Below are positions 1-7,725 of a stretch of 12,314 nucleotides of DNA, in pieces. This DNA comes from Nitrospinota bacterium (GTDB taxonomy: Bacteria > UBA8248): positions 1 through 12,314 of the forward strand of contig JASLZZ010000023.1 in the NCBI GenBank assembly GCA_030754595.1, given 5' to 3'. The notes beneath the pieces were generated by a model that made no database searches, was not told the origin of the DNA, and was given only the letters and a program-made list of their open reading frames with translations. The stretch's first letter is position 1. Every line of letters starts with the position of its first letter. Both the position numbers and the translations under genes were made by a program.

Positions 1-140
1 ATCGGGCCTCAGCACCTCTTTTTGGCTGCCACCATCTCCGAGCATCTGATATCCTCTCGCTCGGGCAATTTTAGCCAATTATATCATATGGTTACAAAGA
101 TTCCCGCCTCTTTTTGCTCTGTTCCGCCGCATAATGTGGG
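1..140 (-). mobile_element. Left end of an insertion sequence (probably IS1380 family), truncated by the window edge, including the transposase 5' fragment (45..1, MLGDGGSQKEVLRPD)
   Basis: Positions 2-140 are the reverse complement of 12176-12314 with one mismatch (cgggcAatt vs cgggcGatt). The inner end reads CCCACATTATGCGGCGGAAC, matching 13/20 with the ISEcp1 IRL as I recall it (CCTAGATTCTACGTCAGTAC). It is followed by TGaTATAAT, a GAGAGGA RBS and an ATG whose frame stays open to the edge. Confidence 0.7.
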
Positions 141-236
141 ATAATAGTGAATCAGGATGGGACGAGAGGTTGGACAAGTCATGTTTACTCACACAACGTT
201 GGTGGTTGTCGGGATTTCATCAGTTATATGGACCTG

Positions 237-353
237 GCTAGAAGTCATTTCATAACCCATTCCCGAGGTTTCCACCCCTGTGAGAAGGCCGATAAAATCA
301 AGGCCTTTGACGGACGAAGATTCCGCGAAAGAGGTTATGAAATGACCTCTAGC
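237..353. mobile_element. MITE-like non-autonomous element (~117 bp) with 21-bp terminal inverted repeats
   Basis: GCTAGAAGTCATTTCATAACC (237-257) and GGTTATGAAATGACCTCTAGC (333-353) are inverted repeats with 1 mismatch. CTAG at both ends (238-241, 349-352) could be a target duplication. No transposase lies between them. Confidence 0.6.
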
Positions 354-507
354 GAAACCCTCATCAAATCATCATCACCGGAAGGCAAATTTGGACAATG
401 CCTTGACCGAATAACGTTGACACCGGCCCCAACCCGCACCTTCTAGTCATAAGCCAGAACGGCGGGAGGCCGCCTTACGATTACACGGAGAGAATAAGGA
501 GGTACCA

Positions 508-1275
508 ATGCCCACCCAGGAGGCAATCCGGTACGAGGTCCGGGATCATATCGCGTGGCTCACCCTGAACCGCCCCGAAAAGAAAAACGCCATCAACTAC
601 GCCATGCGAAAAGAGGTCCAGGAAGCCTATATCGACATCAAGCACAATACGGAGGTCTGGGCGGCGATCATCACCGCCGAGGGGGATGTCTTCTGCTCGG
701 GCAAGGATATTTTGGAAACCCCGCCGGAGGAGGACGGCTCGGTCATGTCGAACGATGAGCTCTACCTCTTCCTCCGTCATATTTATAAGCCGATCATCTG
801 TGCCATCAACGGCCCCTGTCTGGCCCAGGGGGGCGGTTTCGCACTGAACTCGGATATCGTGATCATGTCCGAGCGCGCCTCGATTGGTTGGCCCCAGGTC
901 AAGCGGGGAATTTCCACGGTCAGCGGCTCCATCATGTGCGCCCAGGACATCCCCTGGGCACAGGCGATGGGCTACCTGATGCGGGGGAAATTCATCCCGG
1001 CCGAGGAGTGTCTCCGCTTCGGAATCGCCAACGAGGTGGTCCCCCACGAAGACCTCCTCCCGGCGGCCGAGCGCTTTGCGAGGGAAATTCTCGAGTCCGC
1101 CCCGGTGGCCGTCCAGGCCGTTAAGGAGGCGGCGCGCCGCAGTCAGGATATTCCGTTTGAAAGCCGGATTTTCATCGCGCGCGACGTTGCCAACCGGGTG
1201 CTCCACACCGAGGATGCCAAGGAAGGAATCCTGGCCTTCAGGGAAAAACGCCCGCCCGTCTGGAAGGGGAAATGA
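508..1275 (+). CDS. Enoyl-CoA hydratase/isomerase (crotonase) superfamily protein with atypical active site
   Basis: Motifs LTLNRPEKKNA, FCSGKD, KPIICAING, EDAKEGILAFREKRPPVWKG. AAGGAGG RBS just upstream. Confidence 0.93.
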   Translation: MPTQEAIRYEVRDHIAWLTLNRPEKKNAINYAMRKEVQEAYIDIKHNTEVWAAIITAEGDVFCSGKDILETPPEEDGSVMSNDELYLFLRHIYKPIICAINGPCLAQGGGFALNSDIVIMSERASIGWPQVKRGISTVSGSIMCAQDIPWAQAMGYLMRGKFIPAEECLRFGIANEVVPHEDLLPAAERFAREILESAPVAVQAVKEAARRSQDIPFESRIFIARDVANRVLHTEDAKEGILAFREKRPPVWKGK

Positions 1276-2498
1276 GCGTCGAAGGAGAAATGAGCGCCGG
1301 GGCGCAGGCGCCCCTGGCCGGGGTCCGGGTGCTCGACCTCACCCAGGTCATCGCGGGCCCGTATTGTACGGCCATGCTTGCGGACATGGGGGCCGAGGTG
1401 GTCAAAATCGAGAGGCCGGGCACGGGAGACGATCTGCGCTCGGTCCACCGCTACGAGGGCCGCGAGGAACACGAGGATTATTTTTATGCGAACAATCGCT
1501 CTAAAAAAAGCGTCGCGGTGGACCTCAAAAAACCGGGCGGGCGCTCGGCGGCGCACGAACTTGCCCGCCGGGCGGATGTCCTCGTCGAGAATTTATCGCC
1601 CGGAACGGCCCATCGCCTCGGGATGGGGTGGGAGGATCTTTCGCCCCTGAACCCCCGGCTGGTTTACTGCTCGCTCTCGGGCTTCGGGCAGGACGGTCCC
1701 TACCGGGATCGCCCGGGCCTTGATCCGATCCTCCAGGCCGTTTCGGGGGTAATGAGCGTGACGGGTCTGCCGGGGGAGGAGCCCCGGATGATCGGATCCC
1801 CGCTGGCCGACGTGATGGCGGGCATGTTTTCCGCGTTCGCGGTCGTTTCGGCGCTTCAGGCCGCCAGCCGCGAGGGGCGAGGGCGGCGAATCGACGTGAG
1901 CCTCCAGGACGCGATGCTGGCCGGGCTCGGGCCCCGCATGGGGGAGACCCTTCAGGCGGGAATTTCGCCGGGCCGCTGGGGCAACGAAAATCCCATGCGC
2001 GTGCCGGCGAACACCTACCGGACGTCCGATGGGCGCTACCTGGCGATCATCGTCCAAAACGATCGGTTCTGGCCCCTTTTTTGCCGGGCGATGGATCGCG
2101 AGGATTTGATCGGCGAGGAGCGCTTCGCCACCATGGCGGGCCGCCTCGAACACCGCGAGGAGCTGGACGGGATAGTGGCCCGTGTTTTTTCGGAGCGGCC
2201 TTCAGCGGCCTGGACGCCGCGCCTCGAGGCCGAGCGCATACCTTTCGCGCTCGTGAACGATTTCGCCGAGGCGCTCGACGACCCCCAGGCGAGGCACCGG
2301 GGCATCGTCTGCGAACTAACGCACCCGGCGTCGGGTCCGATCCGGGTGGTTGGCCCTCCCTGGATCATGACGGGCGCCCAAGCGGAAATGACCCCGCCTC
2401 CACTGCTCGGCCAACACACCGAGGAAATCCTGCGCGAGTGGATCGGTTGGAATCAAGCGCAAATCCAAGCTTTTTTGGTTGATCATGCCCCGGAATAA
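1272..2498 (+). CDS. Class III CoA-transferase (CaiB/BaiF/Frc family); alternative start at 1290
   Basis: Motifs PLAGVRVLDL, IAGPY, MGAEVVKIE, NRSKKS, ADVLVEN, NPRLVYCSLSGFG, GPYRDRPGLD, and the catalytic Asp region GSPLADVMAG. ATGA overlap with the crotonase stop; a second ATG at 1290 has an AAGGAG RBS. Confidence 0.95.
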   Translation: MSVEGEMSAGAQAPLAGVRVLDLTQVIAGPYCTAMLADMGAEVVKIERPGTGDDLRSVHRYEGREEHEDYFYANNRSKKSVAVDLKKPGGRSAAHELARRADVLVENLSPGTAHRLGMGWEDLSPLNPRLVYCSLSGFGQDGPYRDRPGLDPILQAVSGVMSVTGLPGEEPRMIGSPLADVMAGMFSAFAVVSALQAASREGRGRRIDVSLQDAMLAGLGPRMGETLQAGISPGRWGNENPMRVPANTYRTSDGRYLAIIVQNDRFWPLFCRAMDREDLIGEERFATMAGRLEHREELDGIVARVFSERPSAAWTPRLEAERIPFALVNDFAEALDDPQARHRGIVCELTHPASGPIRVVGPPWIMTGAQAEMTPPPLLGQHTEEILREWIGWNQAQIQAFLVDHAPE

Positions 2499-2707
2499 GG
2501 CGAATTTCATCGTTGGCTGGATCGGAGGTTTCATGGGATAGAGATTTTGGCGGTATAGACATGGAGAAGCTCCTCCGCGAAGCCTGCTCTTCACTCGGGG
2601 GCTTCTCGCTCTTCACTCGAAGCCACCTCTCGCCCCGGCGGAGCCGCCCCGTGCGTATCCAGGCCCGCCGGATTTCATCTATACTTTGAAAAAGTCAATT
2701 TCCACCG

Positions 2708-3742
2708 GTGTTCACCCCGGCCTGGAGCCAATCCGTGAAACCACCCGTCGAAGTCGGCCTGATACTCGCGCTCACTACTCAAGGCCTAGCCGTCCGCTCC
2801 TACGAGCCCATGAGCGCCTTCGCGCGGGAAGCCGAGCGGCTGGGTTTTCACTCGGTATGGCTGTGCGATCACTTTTTCACCTTGCCCCCCGGCGGGCCGC
2901 GCCAGGAGCGAATCAGGCAGGCCATGGAGCGCCCCACGGAGCCGGAATCGTCCCCGACCGATCCTCTCCTCGAGGCGTGGACGACTCTTTCCGCCCTCGC
3001 CAGGGACACCTCGAGCCTCCGGCTGGGCGCGAGTGTGCTCGCCGTGGGCTACCGGAACCCGGCGCTCCTGGCCAAGATGACCGCCACGCTCGACGTTATC
3101 AGCGGCGGCCGCGTCGAGATGGGCATCGGGGCCGGCTGGGTAGAGGCGGAATACCGGGCCTACGGCTATGAATTTCCCAAGGCCTCCGTCCGGGTCGCCC
3201 AGATGGAAGAAGCGGTCCGGATCATGAAAATCATGTGGACCGAGCCCGAGCCCAACTTCGAGGGTGCGCACTTTCGGATCGAGCGGGCCTACTGCAACCC
3301 GCCGCCTCTCCAGAAGCCGCACCCGCCGATTTGGATCGGAGGCGAGGGCCCCAAGGTGCTCGGCGTCGCCGCGCGCCACGCGGACGGTTTCAACGCACGC
3401 TACTGGCCCCCCGAGCGCTTCGCCGAGCGCGCGGCTGAACTCGCCGCCGGCTGCCGCGCGGCCGGGCGCGACCCGGCGGAGCTCCGCTCATCGGTGATGG
3501 TCCTTGTCGTTCCCGAAAAAGATCCGGCCTGGGCCGATGCCGAACGGCGAAATTTCCCCTCCACCCCGGACTCGGGCATCATCGCGGGCGATCCGGCCAC
3601 CTGCATCGAGCGCCTCTGGGCGTATATCGACGCCGGGGTGCGACGGCTGCTGATCTCCATTCCGAATCTCGACAAGAACCCCGAGCGCCTCCGCCTTGCC
3701 GGCGAGGAAATTATTCCCGCCCTCATCGAGGCGGGCGGATAG
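2708..3742 (+). CDS. Luciferase-like monooxygenase (LLM) family oxidoreductase, resembling putative F420-dependent subfamilies; start uncertain (GTG 2708 or 2735)
   Basis: Motifs AERLGFHSVWLCDHF, LEAWTTLSALA, YRNPALLAKMTATLDVISGGRVEMGIGAGW, PPIWIGGEG, ARHADGFN. Confidence 0.9.
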   Translation: MFTPAWSQSVKPPVEVGLILALTTQGLAVRSYEPMSAFAREAERLGFHSVWLCDHFFTLPPGGPRQERIRQAMERPTEPESSPTDPLLEAWTTLSALARDTSSLRLGASVLAVGYRNPALLAKMTATLDVISGGRVEMGIGAGWVEAEYRAYGYEFPKASVRVAQMEEAVRIMKIMWTEPEPNFEGAHFRIERAYCNPPPLQKPHPPIWIGGEGPKVLGVAARHADGFNARYWPPERFAERAAELAAGCRAAGRDPAELRSSVMVLVVPEKDPAWADAERRNFPSTPDSGIIAGDPATCIERLWAYIDAGVRRLLISIPNLDKNPERLRLAGEEIIPALIEAGG

Positions 3743-3746
3743 CGCG

Positions 3747-3770
3747 GGGAGGGGATTCACTCTCCCTTTT
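3747..3770 (+). terminator. Possible weak intrinsic terminator
   Basis: GGGAGGG...CTCTCCC stem (one G-U pair) followed by TTTT directly after the LLM stop codon. Confidence 0.35.
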
Positions 3771-3812
3771 CAGGGCCGAGCCCTTTTGAGGCCGAGGCGC
3801 GAGGAGTAACCC

Positions 3813-4502
3813 ATGGAATTAGACGAATACCTGAAGTCCGGTAAATACGCGGACTCCGACTCGCCGCTGGTCGCGGAAAAAGCTCGCGAGCTCGCCGAGA
3901 GCTGCGAGAGCGACGCCGAGAAGGCCGTTCGCATCCACGCCTATGTCCGTGACCTGACCTTCGACATCGCCGGCGGTTTTCGGATGCTCCTCGACGGAAA
4001 AGGCAAGGCCTCTGATTTCATCCGCGAGGGCCGGGGATTTTGCATGCACAAGGCGGCCGCTTTCGCCGCTCTGTGCCGCGCCGCGGGCGTTCCGGCCCGC
4101 ATCGGTTTCGAGATCGTCGATTGCCCCGACAAGCCTTTCCTGCCCGAGAAGATGCGCAAGGTGTACGGAACGCGCCCCCAGCCCTGGCACTCGGTGGGCG
4201 AGGTCTACCTGAACGGCGGATGGGTCGTCGCCGATTGCACAGTGGACCGTGAGCAGGGAGAGCGGACGGGGAGGCCGGTGCCGGACTTCGATGGCGTGCA
4301 CGATCTTGCGACAACCGAAGGCCCGGTCCTCAATCGGCGCGGCAGTTCGCCGGACATGCCCGACGCCGTCGTCGAACGCCACAAGCGTGCCGCCGCCGCT
4401 TTTTTCAAGCACATGGCCTCGGACGAGCCGCCCGCCCTGCTGCCCGACAACATCATCGTGGGCGAGACGGAGGATGTGGCGCTCACCCCGCCGGAAAAGT
4501 AG
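3813..4502 (+). CDS. Transglutaminase-like (cysteine protease fold) protein
   Basis: Cys-His-Asp triad context GFCMHKAAAFAALCRAAGVPAR ... WHSVGEVYLNGGWVVAD. GAGGAG RBS upstream. Confidence 0.88.
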   Translation: MELDEYLKSGKYADSDSPLVAEKARELAESCESDAEKAVRIHAYVRDLTFDIAGGFRMLLDGKGKASDFIREGRGFCMHKAAAFAALCRAAGVPARIGFEIVDCPDKPFLPEKMRKVYGTRPQPWHSVGEVYLNGGWVVADCTVDREQGERTGRPVPDFDGVHDLATTEGPVLNRRGSSPDMPDAVVERHKRAAAAFFKHMASDEPPALLPDNIIVGETEDVALTPPEK

Positions 4503-4749
4503 GTCCGCTTAATCCCCGAATTTCCCACCCTCGCATCGTAACCTTGGATGAGGTGCCCGGGAGGTCTCTTTCAGCCTCCCTGCGGGAGGCGCCGCCTTCG
4601 GGAGGCGTACCCCTCGGTAGGCGCAGACCGGGGAAGCGCAGCCCGAAAAAGGGCGAATAGGCCTAAAACTGAAAAAGGGGGGGTGTCGCCGCATAACTCC
4701 GGTTTAAAGCTAATTCGTGTTGATAGGGGCACGAGAAAAGAGTAATTTA

Positions 4750-4765
4750 TGGCCTAAGTATCGCA
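4750..4765 (+). promoter_or_regulatory. Possible sigma-54 (-24/-12) promoter upstream of the SsuD-like gene
   Basis: TGGCCTAAGTATCGCA has exact GG-N10-GC spacing after an AT-rich stretch, but only a partial match to TGGCACG-N4-TTGC. Confidence 0.25.
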
Positions 4766-4908
4766 ATGTGAGTGGTTGTGTCATTGGTGACCGGGGACAT
4801 CAGGGATTTGAATGGTAATTAGTCCGTGGGTCACCGTGGATATTCAGGCGTTTCGCCGGGGGGGTAACCGTGTTCCTCCAAAGGCCGGCGCCAATAGGGG
4901 GGAGAGTG

Positions 4909-5997
4909 ATGTCCATCGAATTGGTCTGGTATCTATCATGCGACGGAGACGCCGCCCACATCGGCCAAAAATTCGCCGACGATCCGCCGAGCTTCGAGAC
5001 GTTCAGCCGCATCGCTCAAAACGCCGAGCGAAGCGGATTTTCCACCATCCTGTCTCCCTCGCACCAATTGAGCGTTAATTACGGACGGCAGGCCCCGGCC
5101 TGGGACGCCCTCGTCAACACGACGGCGGTCGCCACGGCGACAAAAACGCTCAAACTCATCATGGCTGTCCGTCCGGGATTGATCGAGCCCGCCATATGCG
5201 CGCGCATGCTCACTTCGCTCGACCACCTGAGCGGGGGGCGGCTTCTGGCGAACATCATCACGGGCGGCTCCCCCCTCTCGATGTACGGTGAGGAAATGGA
5301 CCACGATGCGCGCTATCGCCGGATGGAGGAGTATCTCCAGGTCTTTGAAGGGCTCTGGACCCAGGAAAAATTCTCCTTCGAGGGAGAATTTTACACCCTC
5401 AAGGACGCAACCCTGTACCCCAAGCCGCTTCATAATTCGCATATTCCGATTTTAATCGCCGGTTCATCCGAGATTGCGCGCGAGATCAGCGTCCGGCGGG
5501 CCGACTATTACGTGTTCTGGGGCGAGAACCCCGATCAGTGCTCCGAGCGGGTCCAGGAGATGGAGGCCCGGTTGAGCGGCACGGGCCGGAGACTCGGATA
5601 TGTGACCCGGTTTCACATCGTCGCCCGCGAGACGGAGGAGGAAGCCTTCGAGGCGGCTCATGAGCTCGTCTCCCAGGTCGATCCCGAGTTGATGACCCTG
5701 CGGGAAGAGTCGGCCTCCAAGACCGAGAGCGTCGGGACGCTGGACCAGAAGGCGCGGGCTAACACCGCGGTGATGGAGCCGAACCTGTGGACCGGAGTCG
5801 GCAAGGCGCGCTCGGGCACGGGGGTTTCCATCGTCGGCTCCTACGAGCAGTGCGCACAAAAGATCGTCGAGTTCGAGCAGGCGGGGATCAATCTTCTGAT
5901 CATGTCCGGGTTCCCGCTTCATTCCGAGTGCGAGCGGGTCGGTCAAAACGTCATTCCGCTGGTCCGCAAGATGGAAGAAGAGCTCGGCCTCAGCTGA
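4909..5997 (+). CDS. FMNH2-dependent alkanesulfonate monooxygenase-like protein (SsuD/MsuD family of LLMs)
   Basis: Motifs SCDGD, AERSGF, LKLIMAVRPG, LDHLSGGRLLANI, HDARY, FWGE, RFHIVARETEEEA, PNLWTGVGKARSGTG, IMSGFP. ATG at 4909 after a GGGGGAGAG RBS preferred over GTG 4870. Confidence 0.88.
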   Translation: MSIELVWYLSCDGDAAHIGQKFADDPPSFETFSRIAQNAERSGFSTILSPSHQLSVNYGRQAPAWDALVNTTAVATATKTLKLIMAVRPGLIEPAICARMLTSLDHLSGGRLLANIITGGSPLSMYGEEMDHDARYRRMEEYLQVFEGLWTQEKFSFEGEFYTLKDATLYPKPLHNSHIPILIAGSSEIAREISVRRADYYVFWGENPDQCSERVQEMEARLSGTGRRLGYVTRFHIVARETEEEAFEAAHELVSQVDPELMTLREESASKTESVGTLDQKARANTAVMEPNLWTGVGKARSGTGVSIVGSYEQCAQKIVEFEQAGINLLIMSGFPLHSECERVGQNVIPLVRKMEEELGLS

Positions 5998-6100
5998 CGA
6001 GAGCGGTCGCCGAGAGGGGTTAGGGTACCCGGCGCGGAGAAGAGAAACGCTAGCGCTAATAAAGGTCGGCGGGGACGCAATCGCGCGGCCGGGGCAGCCC
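5982..6100 (+). repeat. Degenerate direct repeat, copy 1 (overlaps the last codons of the SsuD-like gene)
   Basis: Three collinear blocks shared with 7533-7656. The first block (5982-6023 vs 7533-7574) is 37/42 identical. Confidence 0.85.
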
Positions 6101-6180
6101 CCCGGCTTATGGCGGTGGATTGTCCCGGAAGGGTTTCGGCCGTCGATTCAGGTCGTCATTTCGGCTAAGGAGGGGTCACC

Positions 6181-7512
6181 ATGGAAAATATCGCTTTAGA
6201 GGACAAACATTTCAGACTCCCGGCTTCCGAGCTCGTGGGGATGGTGAATGACGCGCGCGAGCGCACCTTGGAACTGGTCGCCGATCTGTATGACGATAAT
6301 TATACCGTGCCTCTTCAGGAAAATGTGAATCCGTTCCTCTGGGAACTTGGGCATACCGCGTTTTTCTATGACGTCTTCCTCACGCGGGTTCTTGATCACA
6401 AGGAACCCGTCATGGAGGGAGGAGACGACCTGTATAATTCGTTCACGGTGGATCACGACGATCGCTGGTCATTGCCCTTGCCCTCGAAAAAGGTAACGCT
6501 GAGTTACATGCAACAAATTTACGATATGGCCATCGATCGTTTGGGTTCGCATGAGCCCAGCGCGGAGGAGACGTATTTTTATCTCAACGCGGTGCATCAC
6601 GAGGATATGCACGGGGAGGCTTTTACGTACATGAGACAAACCCTGGGATATCCCGGACCGCGGCTCAGCGCCACTCATCCGGACCCGGCCTCCGTCGAAA
6701 CGGGGCCATGCCCCGGCGACGCGGAAATACCCGGGGGCACGTTTCAACTCGGGGCCACGCCGGACCTCCCCTTTGTGTTTGACAACGAGAAATGGGCGCA
6801 CCCCGTGGAGGTCTCGTCCTTCAAAATAGCCCGCGCTACGGTGACGAATGCGGAATTTGCCGGGTTCGTCGAGGACGGCGGATATCATCGGCGGGAGTTT
6901 TGGAGCCAGCAGGGTTGGATATGGCGCACCAAGGGAGGTTTTTTGCATCCCATCTACTGGCGGCGCGGCGAGAAGGGGTGGCTGCGGCGGAATTATGAAA
7001 AAATGATTCCCATCGAGGAAAACGCCCCGGTGATTCATGTGAGTTGGTATGAAGCCGAAGCCTATTGCAACTGGGCCGGAAGGCGGCTTCCCTCCGAGGC
7101 GGAGTGGGAAATGGCCGCCGGCGCTGGGCCCGCCGATGGCGGCGGAATCTCCGAGCGTAAGCGGAGATACCCCTGGGGAGACGAACCTCCGGCCTCTGAT
7201 CGGGCCAACCTGGATTCACGTCTCCTCGGGTGCGCCGACGTCGGAGCCTTCCCCCTTGGGGACAGCGCCTTCGGATGCCGCCAGATGATAGGAAATGTTT
7301 GGGAGTGGACCGCCTCTCCGTTCTATCCCTTTCCCGGCTATATCGTGGACTTTCCCTACAAGGAGTATTCGGCCCCCTGGTTTGGATACCGGAAGGTGCT
7401 GAAGGGGGGGGCTTGGGCCACGCGCTCCCGCCTGGGGAACAATAAGTACCGCAATTTTTTCCCGCCCCATAGGAACGATGTATTCGCCGGGTTTCGCACC
7501 TGCGCAACCTAG
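6181..7512 (+). CDS. SenA-like non-heme iron sulfoxide/selenoxide synthase (EgtB/SenA family; DinB_2 + FGE-sulfatase domains)
   Basis: ARERTLEL; VNPFLWELGH and HEDMHGE (three-His iron ligands); LYNSFTVDHDDRWSLPLP; FDNE; PVIHVSWYEAEAYC; RRLPSEAEWE; GNVWEWT; PYKEYSAPWFG; YRNFFPPHRNDVFAGFRTC. These resemble the SenA clade more than mycobacterial EgtB, as I recall them. AAGGAGG RBS. Confidence 0.85.
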   Translation: MENIALEDKHFRLPASELVGMVNDARERTLELVADLYDDNYTVPLQENVNPFLWELGHTAFFYDVFLTRVLDHKEPVMEGGDDLYNSFTVDHDDRWSLPLPSKKVTLSYMQQIYDMAIDRLGSHEPSAEETYFYLNAVHHEDMHGEAFTYMRQTLGYPGPRLSATHPDPASVETGPCPGDAEIPGGTFQLGATPDLPFVFDNEKWAHPVEVSSFKIARATVTNAEFAGFVEDGGYHRREFWSQQGWIWRTKGGFLHPIYWRRGEKGWLRRNYEKMIPIEENAPVIHVSWYEAEAYCNWAGRRLPSEAEWEMAAGAGPADGGGISERKRRYPWGDEPPASDRANLDSRLLGCADVGAFPLGDSAFGCRQMIGNVWEWTASPFYPFPGYIVDFPYKEYSAPWFGYRKVLKGGAWATRSRLGNNKYRNFFPPHRNDVFAGFRTCAT

Positions 7513-7532
7513 AGACCGAAAGAGAGGATCAC

Positions 7533-7656
7533 GCTCGGCCTCGGCTGACGGGAGTGGTTGCCGAGAGCGGTTAGCCGCCGGGAGCGGTCTGAGAACTCGG
7601 CGCGGAAAAGAGAAACGGCTAGCGGCCGGGACGCAACCGCGAGACCGGGGCCGCCC
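7533..7656 (+). repeat. Degenerate direct repeat, copy 2 (between the senA-like and MFS genes)
   Basis: GCTCGGCCTCGGCTGACGGGAGTGGTTGCCGAGAGCGGTTAG, CGGCGCGGAAAAGAGAAACGGCTAGCG and GGGACGCAACCGCGAGACCGGGGCCGCCC each match blocks in 5982-6100. Confidence 0.85.
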
Positions 7657-7725
7657 TGCTTGACCCGCTCCTCTCGGGGATTTTTTAGCGGAAATTCACT
7701 CGGGCTTGCCCGCGGGAGGACGATC

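Noticed and set aside
147..446. 99-aa ORF on the + strand
   Set aside because: GTG start right beside the IS end, no RBS, runs through the MITE-like element and has no recognisable motif.
5995..6180. Selenocysteine readthrough/SECIS or a known riboswitch near the senA-like gene
   Set aside because: The SsuD-like protein is already full length at its TGA, the senA-like gene has no in-frame TGA, and I recognise no riboswitch consensus.
7558..7725. N-terminal extension of the MFS ORF from the ORF track
   Set aside because: It translates the direct repeat and lacks an RBS; ATG 7726 has a clear GGGAGGA RBS.
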